From an uncultured archaeon (GTDB taxonomy: Archaea > Thermoproteota > Nitrososphaeria > Nitrososphaerales > Gagatemarchaeaceae), in NCBI GenBank assembly GCA_963817525.1, contig CAWFOU010000007.1, positions 416,001 to 480,000 on the forward strand: a DNA stretch of 64,000 bases, in the 5' to 3' direction. The notes beneath the pieces are model-generated. The model searched no databases. It was not told where the DNA came from and saw nothing but the letters and a program-made list of their open reading frames with translations. Positions 56,287 through 64,000 of the stretch are shown piece by piece. Numbering within the stretch: position 1 is the first letter of the stretch; every line of letters starts with the position of its first letter. Both the position numbers and the translations under genes were made by a program.

Positions 56287-58695
56287 CTACCCCTTCGCGC
56301 GGCTCGCCCTGATCAGGGACCAGAGCTTGTACTGGGTGAGGGGGAGGTCGGTTATCTTCACGCGGTAGTCGGAGAGGGCGTCCTCCACCGCGCTCGCGAT
56401 GGCGGGGAAGACTGGGATGGTTGGCCCCTCTCCGACCGCCTTGCTCCCGGTCGCGGTGAAGGGCGAGGGGTACTCCAGGTGCCCCACCTCGACGTCCGGG
56501 GTGTCGGCGGCGGTGTTCTTCAGGTAGTCCGCGAAGGTGGACGTAAGCATCTGCCCGTCGTCGTCCCAGAGCATCTCCTCCCTCAGGGCGGCCGAGACGA
56601 TGTGGGCGACGTGGCCGTGTATCTGCCCCTCGACCACCGCTGGGTTGATGAGGACGCCCGCGTCGTGGGTGACCACGTACTTCAGCACGGAGGCCTTCCC
56701 CGTCTCCTCGTCCACCTCGACGACGGCGACGTGCACCTGGCTCCCGTAGTTGTTGTGGCCCATCACTCGCCTTTCCTTGTCGGGCAGGTCCGCGTAGGGG
56801 TAGAAGTAGTAGGCCGTCTCGTGGAGGCCCGGCTCGACCCCGGGCGGGAGGTTCTCTGCCCTCACCCTGTCGTAGGCGGCCTGGGCGACCTCTGCGATGG
56901 GGACGGCCCTCGCGCTGTCCCTGACGAATGCCCTGCCCTCGTCCAGCTCTATGTCGTCTGGCTGGGCGTCGAGGAGGTGCGCGGCGAACTTCTGAATCTT
57001 CGCCCTGACCTTCCTGGACGCCGCGACGATCGCCCCCATGTCTATGCTGGTGAACGAGTCGGCGCCAGTGCCCGAGGTGCTCGACCAAGGGTTGCTGATG
57101 CTGTCGAAGACGGAGGAGACCTCGATGTCGTCGGGCGAGATGCCCAGCTCGTCCGCCACGACCTGGGAGGTGGTGGTCTCGTGGCTCTGGCCCCAGTTGG
57201 TCGCCCCTATCTGGACGGTGACCTTCCCCAAAGGGTTCATCCTCACGGTGGCGCCGGCGAGCCTCTGGCCGGGGAGGTTGGGGCCGCCCCTCACCATCTG
57301 CTCCCTCCCGGGGTTCGCGCCTCCGGGGTCGACGTTGCAGGCTATCCCTATCCCGACGCGCCTCCCCTCAGCCCTCAGCCTCTTCTGCTCCTCCCTCCAG
57401 CGCTCGTAGCCGACCATCTCGAGGGCCTTGTCGAGGAGCTCGCCAAAGTTCCCGGCGTCTATCACGTTCCCGCTGGGCGTGCGGTAGGGTAGCTCGTCAG
57501 TGGGGACGAAGTTCCTGCGCCTTATCTCCGCGGGGTCGAGGCCGAGCTCCTTCGCCGCGAAGTCGACCATCCGCTCGAGGATGAAGCCCATGTGCGGCTT
57601 GCTCAGGCCCCTGTTCGAGCCGCCCGGCCCCTTGTTGGTGGCGACCGAGTAGGCCTCGAGGGAGACGCTCTTCATCTTGTAGAGGCCCGTGATGTTCGTG
57701 AGCTTGACGGTGTTGTAGTAGCCCGCGTAGTACGCGGAGCCCCCCTCGTTGGTGATGTCCTTGAGCCTGTGGCCGAGGATCGTGCCGTCCTTCTTCACGG
57801 CCAGCTCCATGTAGTAGACCGCGTCCCTAGCCCCGTTCGTCCCCGCCATCAGCATCTCCCTCCTGTCCTTGACGTACTTCACGGGCCTCCCGGCCTTCCA
57901 GGAGAGGAGCGAGGCGATCGTCATGTCCATGAGCGAGACGCTCCACCTCTCCCCAAAGGTCCCCCCGGTGTCGGGGATGACGAACCTGACCTTGACGTCC
58001 TTGACGGGGAAGCCTGTGGTCCGGGCCCTCAGCGACCCCGAGCCCGTCGCGTTGCAGTAGAAGGTGAGGGTGTTCTGGGCCTGGTCGTAGTGCGCCGTGA
58101 CCGTGTCGGGCTCGAGGGGGGTCGAGCTGTAGCGGTGGACGGAGAAGCGCTCCTTCAGGACGAGGTCGGCGTCCCTGAAGGCCGAGGCCACGTCGCCGTA
58201 CTCCAGGTTGATGGAGGAGAATGTGTTGTTCTCCACGTCCTTGAATATCCTGGGCGACCCGGGCTTCATCGCCTCCTCGGGGTCGACGACCGCGGGGAGC
58301 TGCTCGTACTCGACCTGGATGAGGTCGAGGGCGTCCTCAGCGAGCCCCCTGGTCTCGGCGGCAACGGCGGCCACACCCTGCCCCGCGTAGACGGCCTTCT
58401 CCACGGCCAGGGCGTACTCCTTGATGGGGTAGCCCGTCCTGCTGGTCATGGGGTTGGTGAGGGAGGGCAGCTCAGGCCCCGTGAGGGTGGCGACGACGCC
58501 CTTGAGCTTCAGGGCCTTCGAGACGTCTATGCTCTTGATTCTGGCGTGGGCGTGGGGGCTCCTCAGCACTGCGGCGTAGAGCGTCTGCTTCAGCTGGATG
58601 TCGTCGGAGTAGAGGCCCTTCCCTTGGACGAACCTGCGGTCTTCCTTGACCCTGATCGACTTGCCGACCCATCGCCGGACGGCAGGCCGGCTCAT
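56287..58695 (-). CDS. Xanthine dehydrogenase family molybdopterin-binding large subunit
   Basis: RVKEDRRFVQGKG.Y.DD, RSPHAHA, GGTFG, WGQSHET, VEGQIHG, KAVGE. Confidence 0.92.
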   Translation of the reverse strand: MSRPAVRRWVGKSIRVKEDRRFVQGKGLYSDDIQLKQTLYAAVLRSPHAHARIKSIDVSKALKLKGVVATLTGPELPSLTNPMTSRTGYPIKEYALAVEKAVYAGQGVAAVAAETRGLAEDALDLIQVEYEQLPAVVDPEEAMKPGSPRIFKDVENNTFSSINLEYGDVASAFRDADLVLKERFSVHRYSSTPLEPDTVTAHYDQAQNTLTFYCNATGSGSLRARTTGFPVKDVKVRFVIPDTGGTFGERWSVSLMDMTIASLLSWKAGRPVKYVKDRREMLMAGTNGARDAVYYMELAVKKDGTILGHRLKDITNEGGSAYYAGYYNTVKLTNITGLYKMKSVSLEAYSVATNKGPGGSNRGLSKPHMGFILERMVDFAAKELGLDPAEIRRRNFVPTDELPYRTPSGNVIDAGNFGELLDKALEMVGYERWREEQKRLRAEGRRVGIGIACNVDPGGANPGREQMVRGGPNLPGQRLAGATVRMNPLGKVTVQIGATNWGQSHETTTSQVVADELGISPDDIEVSSVFDSISNPWSSTSGTGADSFTSIDMGAIVAASRKVRAKIQKFAAHLLDAQPDDIELDEGRAFVRDSARAVPIAEVAQAAYDRVRAENLPPGVEPGLHETAYYFYPYADLPDKERRVMGHNNYGSQVHVAVVEVDEETGKASVLKYVVTHDAGVLINPAVVEGQIHGHVAHIVSAALREEMLWDDDGQMLTSTFADYLKNTAADTPDVEVGHLEYPSPFTATGSKAVGEGPTIPVFPAIASAVEDALSDYRVKITDLPLTQYKLWSLIRASRAKG

Positions 58696-58786
58696 CGTCG
58701 GGCCTCATCCCTCGTCAACGGGTCGCCTCCGGCGCCTTCAGGTCTCGTGTGGATTCTGAGGCCGCGAGAGTATTTACTCTTTGCAG

Positions 58787-59191
58787 TCAAGGAAGGAACG
58801 TGCACTTCATCACGGTCCATGCGCTGCCGGGTTGAACGGCAAAATCCGTCGAGATGCTCGTGACAACGTACCCGACGGAATTTGTTGTGTTGGTTTCGCT
58901 TGCAACGAGGTACGGGGGGTGAATGTTAGCTGCAGGACCAGGCCCTCCCTGATAGCCGACGTCGCCCACGGAATAATAACTCGTCTCCGCGCAGAGCACC
59001 TCCTGCAAGCCTGTTCCTGAAATCACGGTGACGTGCCCGAGGATAGTCGTCGTTGTTTGGCGGCCGGAGACGGTCAAGGTCAAAACTGTGGTGGGGGGAG
59101 GGGATGTGAGCAAGAATGCAAGAAGGACGCCGACCACAAGAAATGCGGCAAGGACAGCGGGCACGATGCGCCTTGTTTTCATCATCTTCAT
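58787..59191 (-). CDS. Membrane-anchored hypothetical protein
   Basis: Basic N-terminus, TM helix, T-rich domain; AT-richer patch. Confidence 0.55.
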   Translation of the reverse strand: MKMMKTRRIVPAVLAAFLVVGVLLAFLLTSPPPTTVLTLTVSGRQTTTTILGHVTVISGTGLQEVLCAETSYYSVGDVGYQGGPGPAANIHPPYLVASETNTTNSVGYVVTSISTDFAVQPGSAWTVMKCTFLP

Positions 59192-59278
59192 CAGGCGCTC
59201 CCGCGGTTTAACTTTTCTAGGATAGGGCTCGCGAAGTCCGAGGTACGCTTATATCGCCACGCGGGCCGAAAATCCGAC

Positions 59279-60631
59279 GTGCCAAAGGTCGCCGTGATAG
59301 GGGCCGGCTTCGCGGGAGTTAGCGCGGCCGCCTGCGCGCGCAACGCGGGGGCCGAGGTAACCCTGGTGGAGCGGACCGACGAGCTCCTCGGCGCCGGGCG
59401 AAACTCCGGCATATTCTACAACGACGGCAGGCAGGCGGGGAGCGAGGAGCTAAAGGCGCTGGGAGGGGGTTACATCCTCGACATCATCGAGAACCCTCCT
59501 GTCCTGACGCACCCCCGCACCGACATGAACTGGAACGCCGTGGACGACCTGAAGCAGCAGATACACACGCAGGCGATCTTCCACTGCATGAGGGCGGAGA
59601 CCCACATCAGGAAGTACCTCAAGGACATCGGGGTGGAGCTGATATTCGCGAACAAGGCGGTCGACGTCGAGCTGGGGAGGTCCCAGCAGTCCAAGGGGGA
59701 CGTCGTCCTCAAGGTCGTCCTTGAGAAGGGCCAGAGGCTCGAGTGCGACGCCTTCGTCGATACGTCAGGCGGGGCGGGCGGGATCCAGGTCTGCGAGCAG
59801 TACGGCTACGGTTGCGTAGAGTGCATTTACCGCTGCAACACCTTCGGGGACAGGGTCAGCATAGCCACGAAGGCGGGCGCGCCCGAGCTGAGAAAGCTAC
59901 GCGACTCGAAGCATGGCGGAGGCTTCGGAGGGCTGACCTCGGCCTGCGCTTTCCACGACGACTCGATAGACCCCGAGCTCCTGGCCAACGTGAAGAGGGA
60001 GGGGAGCTGGAAGGTGCAGGTCCCCGAGGAGGTCCAGCAGATGACCAAGATAGGCCTGAGCACCAACCTTCCCTACGACCCGTCGCACGTGACCTCGATG
60101 AAGGTGGCGTACCCGGGCTTCTTCAAGGCCAACGGGATGGTCTTCATGCCCCTCGAGGACGTCAGGAAGATACCCGGCTTCAAGGACGCGAGGTACTCAG
60201 ACCCGCTCGGCGGGGGGAAGGGGAACGCGGTCCGCTTCATGTCCATGGCCCCGAGGGATAACACCCTGAGGGTGCAGGGCTTCAGGAACCTCTTCGTGGG
60301 AGGGGAGAAGGGCGGCCCGACCGTGGGGATACAGGAGTGCATGATCACAGGCGCCCTTGCGGGGCACAACGCCGCGCGGGTGGCCTTCGGCAAGGAGCCG
60401 CTGGGCCTCCCCAGGGAGACCTTGATCGGCGACTTTGTGGCCTATGTGGGGGAGATGATGACCGGCGAGGAGGGCCTGAAGCAGACCTACTCCCTGACCA
60501 AGCCCCCTTATAGGAAGAGGATGGCCGAGAGGGGCTGGTGGTCCAGGACCGTGCCCCAGGCCGTCGAGGAGTCGAAGCGCAGGATAGAGGCCGCCGGCCT
60601 AACTGGCGTGATGGCGCAGAAGCTTGGCTAG
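59279..60631 (+). CDS. GidA/TrmFO-like FAD-dependent oxidoreductase with a Cys cluster
   Basis: KVAVIGAGFAG, CEQYGYGCVECIYRC, NLFVGGEK.G...G.LAGHNAA; GTG start at 59279 after TATA CTTATAT. Confidence 0.82.
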   Translation: MPKVAVIGAGFAGVSAAACARNAGAEVTLVERTDELLGAGRNSGIFYNDGRQAGSEELKALGGGYILDIIENPPVLTHPRTDMNWNAVDDLKQQIHTQAIFHCMRAETHIRKYLKDIGVELIFANKAVDVELGRSQQSKGDVVLKVVLEKGQRLECDAFVDTSGGAGGIQVCEQYGYGCVECIYRCNTFGDRVSIATKAGAPELRKLRDSKHGGGFGGLTSACAFHDDSIDPELLANVKREGSWKVQVPEEVQQMTKIGLSTNLPYDPSHVTSMKVAYPGFFKANGMVFMPLEDVRKIPGFKDARYSDPLGGGKGNAVRFMSMAPRDNTLRVQGFRNLFVGGEKGGPTVGIQECMITGALAGHNAARVAFGKEPLGLPRETLIGDFVAYVGEMMTGEEGLKQTYSLTKPPYRKRMAERGWWSRTVPQAVEESKRRIEAAGLTGVMAQKLG

Positions 60632-60715
60632 GACGCCGGGCAAGCAAGCTCCGATAGAAGAGCGCTAGCATAATCAGAAATAGCCCTGCAATGTCTTTTT
60701 GCAAGGTGAATTACG

Positions 60716-61852
60716 ATGACCCGAGCCGCGAAGGCAATTTCCTCGAGGATTGTGACCATCGTAGTAATTGCAATGTTAATCGTTGTTGGCCTCGCCGTGG
60801 TTTCCAGCGGCGTCCTGAACTCAACTAGCTCTACCACAACATCGACCAGCGGGTCGACCAGCGCCACGACCGGCAGCTCGACCACCTCCAGTTCCTCGGT
60901 GACGCTTTCGTCGTCAATCGTTCGCAACCAAACCGTTGAGACAAGCAATTCCACGCTAGGCCTCGAGCTTGTCTTGTCCGTCAACTCGACAACTATTCCG
61001 AGCGAAGACTCGATCGACATAGCGAGCTCAGTTGTGAATCTGCGATCAACCGTGAACAACCTGACCGCGTCAAACGATTGGCCAGTTCAGGGACTGACAT
61101 CAGGGTATTGCAATTCTGGTCCTCCCATTCTTCCAACTGGCATAGCCGTTTTCCGTGGATTCTATGGGATGGATAACTTGTCCAGCGCGAAGCCGCTCTA
61201 CTTTTGGCCAGACCTAGCCTGCCCCGCCACTGTAGAGCTCAATGTCACAAGCTATTCGTTTCTACCAAAGGAGGATGTCGCGAACTACTCGGGATATTCT
61301 GTGAACCCGCCTCAATCTTCACCCTCGAAGCAAGAATCCTACACGCGAATTGCCTTTGGCACATGGATCTACGCTTCAAACGACACCGGATTTTACACCT
61401 CGCTTGGCTCGGCGCTTCCTTCCACTTACACCGTGGTGGCGGGCGACGAGTGGGGTCAGGTAGTGCTGATGCACTTCGAGGTCACCGCGTCCGACAACCT
61501 TCCCACGGTGGGAAACTTCTTGTCTTCTGGCCCCGGCTGCTCGCCAGGCCCTTGCATCAGCCAAAGATTTTCTCAAGCGCTCATATTCAACTGCGCTGAG
61601 GAGGCGGCAACGTCCGCCGGCTGCGCAACAATATACAACGAAGGAGTGAGGTATTCGGCTGCCCCACCAGTCAGCTACACCGTTACTGCTTGGTTTCCGT
61701 CTTACGACCAGCCCAACGAGCCCACGTCGGCAAACTGCATGTATACCTCGTGGCCCGTAGGCGCGCTTGGAGCGCCTACCACGCCACCCGGGTTCGGATA
61801 CTGCCTAGTGGTCAACTCTACGGCGTTCGTCGTCAGTCTGCCCCAGTTTTGA
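60716..61852 (+). CDS. Secreted S/T-rich surface protein
   Basis: AKA|IS class III-like signal, S/T linker, 'YTVVAGDEWGQ' domain, Cys pairs; AT-richer. Confidence 0.72.
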   Translation: MTRAAKAISSRIVTIVVIAMLIVVGLAVVSSGVLNSTSSTTTSTSGSTSATTGSSTTSSSSVTLSSSIVRNQTVETSNSTLGLELVLSVNSTTIPSEDSIDIASSVVNLRSTVNNLTASNDWPVQGLTSGYCNSGPPILPTGIAVFRGFYGMDNLSSAKPLYFWPDLACPATVELNVTSYSFLPKEDVANYSGYSVNPPQSSPSKQESYTRIAFGTWIYASNDTGFYTSLGSALPSTYTVVAGDEWGQVVLMHFEVTASDNLPTVGNFLSSGPGCSPGPCISQRFSQALIFNCAEEAATSAGCATIYNEGVRYSAAPPVSYTVTAWFPSYDQPNEPTSANCMYTSWPVGALGAPTTPPGFGYCLVVNSTAFVVSLPQF

Positions 61853-62341
61853 CCTCTTTGGACTGGGTCTCATCTTCTCCGCTGCGGCCTTGACGGCCTT
61901 CACGATGTTGACATAGCCCGTGCACATGCATAGGTTCCCGGATATCCCATCCCTGATCTCCTTCTCAGTGGGGTTGGGGTTCCTCTGCAGGAGGTCGTAG
62001 GCGGCGAGGAGCATTCCGGGGGTGCAGTAGCCGCACTGCAGGCCGTGGTGCTCCCAGAAGGCCTCCTGAATCGGGTGCAGCTCAGAGCCCTTTGCCAGAC
62101 CCTCGACGGTCATTATCTCGGCGCCTTCGGCCTGCTGGGCGAAGAGCAGGCAGGACTTCACCAGCTTCCCGTCCATGATTATCGAGCACGCGCCGCACTT
62201 GCCGACTATGCAGCCGACGTGCGTCCCCGTCAGCCCGAGCTCCTCCCTGAGGAAGAAGGTGAGGAGGTCCCTGGGCTCGGCGCGTCCCGAGTACTTTTTC
62301 CCGTTGACCGTCAAGTCGACCTGCTTCAGCGAGCCTGGCAC
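61805..62341 (-). CDS. (2Fe-2S) small subunit of Mo-hydroxylase (CoxS/CutS-like)
   Basis: GCIVGKCGAC, SC, QCGYCTPG, GNLCMCTGY. Confidence 0.93.
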   Translation of the reverse strand: MPGSLKQVDLTVNGKKYSGRAEPRDLLTFFLREELGLTGTHVGCIVGKCGACSIIMDGKLVKSCLLFAQQAEGAEIMTVEGLAKGSELHPIQEAFWEHHGLQCGYCTPGMLLAAYDLLQRNPNPTEKEIRDGISGNLCMCTGYVNIVKAVKAAAEKMRPSPKRSKLGQTDDERRRVDH

Positions 62342-62356
62342 ACGATCATCTACCTT

Positions 62357-63223
62357 TCAGATTCGGCCCAGGCTCTGCTTCACGGCCCTCTTCACGTAGA
62401 CGCTCACCATCTCTCGCTTGTAGTCCGCACTCCCTCTTATGTCGGAGGTGGGTCTCGACGTCTCGGCTGCCCTCTCGGCGGCCTCCTCCACGACGTCGTC
62501 GGTGGGCTTGCGCCCCTCCAGCGCCTCTTCGGCCTTTGTGGCCCGGAGCGGGGTCGAGCCCACCCCGGCGAGGCCCAGCCTCGCTTCCTTGCACGCCCCC
62601 GCGCTGTCCAGCGTAACGACCGAGGCCACGCCCACTGTGGCGAGGTCGCTCGCGCCCCTCGTCAGCTTCAGGTACGCGCCCCCGCTCCTCGGCGGCAGGA
62701 CGGGGACCCTCACCTCCACGAGGATCTCGCTCCGGCGAAGGCTGGTGGTCAGGACGTCCCTGAAAAAATCCGCGGCTCGGATTACGCGCTTCCCCGTCGG
62801 GCCTGCGACCTTGAGCTCCGCGTCCAAGGCCATCGCGGCGGCGGGGACGTCGCCCCCGGGGTCGGCCTGGCAGATCGTGCCCCCGATGGTCCCCCTGTTT
62901 CTGACTTGGTAGTCGCCGATGTTGCCCGCTGCCTCGGAGAGGGTCCTGCACTTTGCGTTGATGAGCGAAGACGAGGCGACGTCGTTGTGCGTCGTCATCG
63001 AACCGATGAGCAGTCGGCTGCCGTCCCTCTTGACGTAGCAGAGTCCGGGTATCCTCCCGAGGTCGACCAGGTTGGCCGGGCTCACGAGCCTCAGCTTCAT
63101 CAGGGGGACGAGGCTCTGTCCGCCCGCCAGGACCTTCGAGTCTCTGGTGCTCTTGAGCAGCGAAATCGCGTCAGAAACGGTGGAGGGCGAGTGCAGCTCG
63201 AAGGGGCGCGGGATCATGCCCAT
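62357..63223 (-). CDS. FAD-binding medium subunit of Mo-hydroxylase (CoxM/CutM-like)
   Basis: LAGGQSL, QVRNRGTIGG, ADP.GD, DIRGSADYK. Confidence 0.93.
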   Translation of the reverse strand: MGMIPRPFELHSPSTVSDAISLLKSTRDSKVLAGGQSLVPLMKLRLVSPANLVDLGRIPGLCYVKRDGSRLLIGSMTTHNDVASSSLINAKCRTLSEAAGNIGDYQVRNRGTIGGTICQADPGGDVPAAAMALDAELKVAGPTGKRVIRAADFFRDVLTTSLRRSEILVEVRVPVLPPRSGGAYLKLTRGASDLATVGVASVVTLDSAGACKEARLGLAGVGSTPLRATKAEEALEGRKPTDDVVEEAAERAAETSRPTSDIRGSADYKREMVSVYVKRAVKQSLGRI

Positions 63224-63316
63224 CCTTCAGGCCTGTGAAAACTAGATATGTCTTTGTGGTTTGCGCATGAAAATCGAGTAGCCAGGCGCCCTTGGTAGAG
63301 CGCCCGACTCTGTCCC

Positions 63317-63688
63317 CTAGTTCTGCCTTGGAGTGGTCGCGAACGCGACGGCCTTTTCGTCGACTGCCTTTGAGCCGATGTCCAAGACCTCGTCGACCGA
63401 GGAGACGAAGATCTTTCCGTCTCCAACGGACTGCGTCGAGGCGCTCGCCATGATGGCGTCGATGACGCTCTGCGCGTTGCTGTCCTGCACAAGGATCTCC
63501 AGCTTCAGGTGCTTGATGTACTCCTCTTCGTAGCTCCATGTGCCCCTGGCCTGGATGGTCGTCGTGTGCCTCGCGCGACCTCTGCCCGCCACTTCCTCAA
63601 CGGTCAGACCGCCGACCCCGAGACTCTTCAGCGCGGCGTCGACTTGCGGGAACTTTTCCTTTCTGATTATAGCTTCAATCTTCTTCAA
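63317..63688 (-). CDS. glnB: P-II family nitrogen regulatory protein
   Basis: MKKIEAIIR, GLTV.EV.GRG, KLEI, GDGKIFVS. Confidence 0.9.
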   Translation of the reverse strand: MKKIEAIIRKEKFPQVDAALKSLGVGGLTVEEVAGRGRARHTTTIQARGTWSYEEEYIKHLKLEILVQDSNAQSVIDAIMASASTQSVGDGKIFVSSVDEVLDIGSKAVDEKAVAFATTPRQN

Positions 63689-63885
63689 GACTGGTTTCGC
63701 CTAAAATCGTCAAACGCCGTGGTTTTACTTAAAGGTTGCGTGTCTGCCTTACATTCGTCTCCGGACTATAAATAGTCACCAAACGTTTGAGTTTAGCCCT
63801 TCGGGAGCACAATTGCAATCGTTCCCAGCCTATTTATAGCGCTCGCACACATGTCCATTCGAGGCCCCGCATACATTCGGCAAGG

Positions 63886-64000
63886 CTAGGCTTCCGGGGG
63901 CTCGACCTCCTCCACTTCGCCGCGATGTGGCGACGGGCCCCTGAGGACGGAGGGTATGATCCCGACGAGGAGGAAGGCCGTTGACAGGTAGTAGACCTCG
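63886..64000 (-). CDS. C-terminal fragment of a membrane protein (possibly MFS)
   Basis: ...EVYYLSTAFLLVGIIPSVLRGPSPHRGEVEEVEPPEA*; start outside window. Confidence 0.5.
   Translation of the reverse strand, partial: EVYYLSTAFLLVGIIPSVLRGPSPHRGEVEEVEPPEA

Noticed and set aside
59033-59278. N-terminal extension of the FAD oxidoreductase
   Set aside because: Overlaps the opposite-strand gene; the TATA box and Rossmann motif indicate a start at 59279.
56287-63223. Aerobic CO dehydrogenase (coxLMS)
   Set aside because: The large subunit lacks AYxCSFR/AYxGAGR and no cox accessory genes are present.
1-64000. CRISPR arrays, tRNA/rRNA genes, and numerous long antisense ORFs
   Set aside because: No repeat-spacer periodicity or cloverleaf/rRNA signature seen by eye; the long overlapping Arg/Gly/Pro-rich ORFs are GC-rich shadow frames.

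Overview
GC-rich archaeal chromosomal window, as shown by TFB, a group II thermosome, archaeal TIM, NurA/HerA, TATA-box promoters and class III signal peptides. The gene content is compatible with a non-ammonia-oxidising Nitrososphaerota-like lineage, which is an inference. Housekeeping and accessory genes include a MoxR/DUF58 cluster, vapBC, a JAMM protease followed by a Ubl-E1-rhodanese fusion, VKOR with DUF929, a Mo/W ABC transporter with an apparent ModE box, HflX, a bactofilin-like protein, an intein-containing HerA with NurA, and a Mo-hydroxylase/ABC/FAH catabolic region. The most striking structure is a complete 3,092-bp IS6-related unit transposon at 49011-52102. It has an 8-bp target duplication (GAAGGGCC), 25-bp terminal inverted repeats plus a second sub-terminal inverted pair, and a SWIM/Zn-ribbon-extended DDE transposase. 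It also carries an unannotated 43-aa RHH gene with a symmetric 3+3 repeat operator, a frameshifted DUF262-HNH (GmrSD-like) cargo gene and a small membrane-protein cargo gene. No rRNA, tRNA or CRISPR array was recognised. All calls come from reading motifs by eye; no database searches were run.
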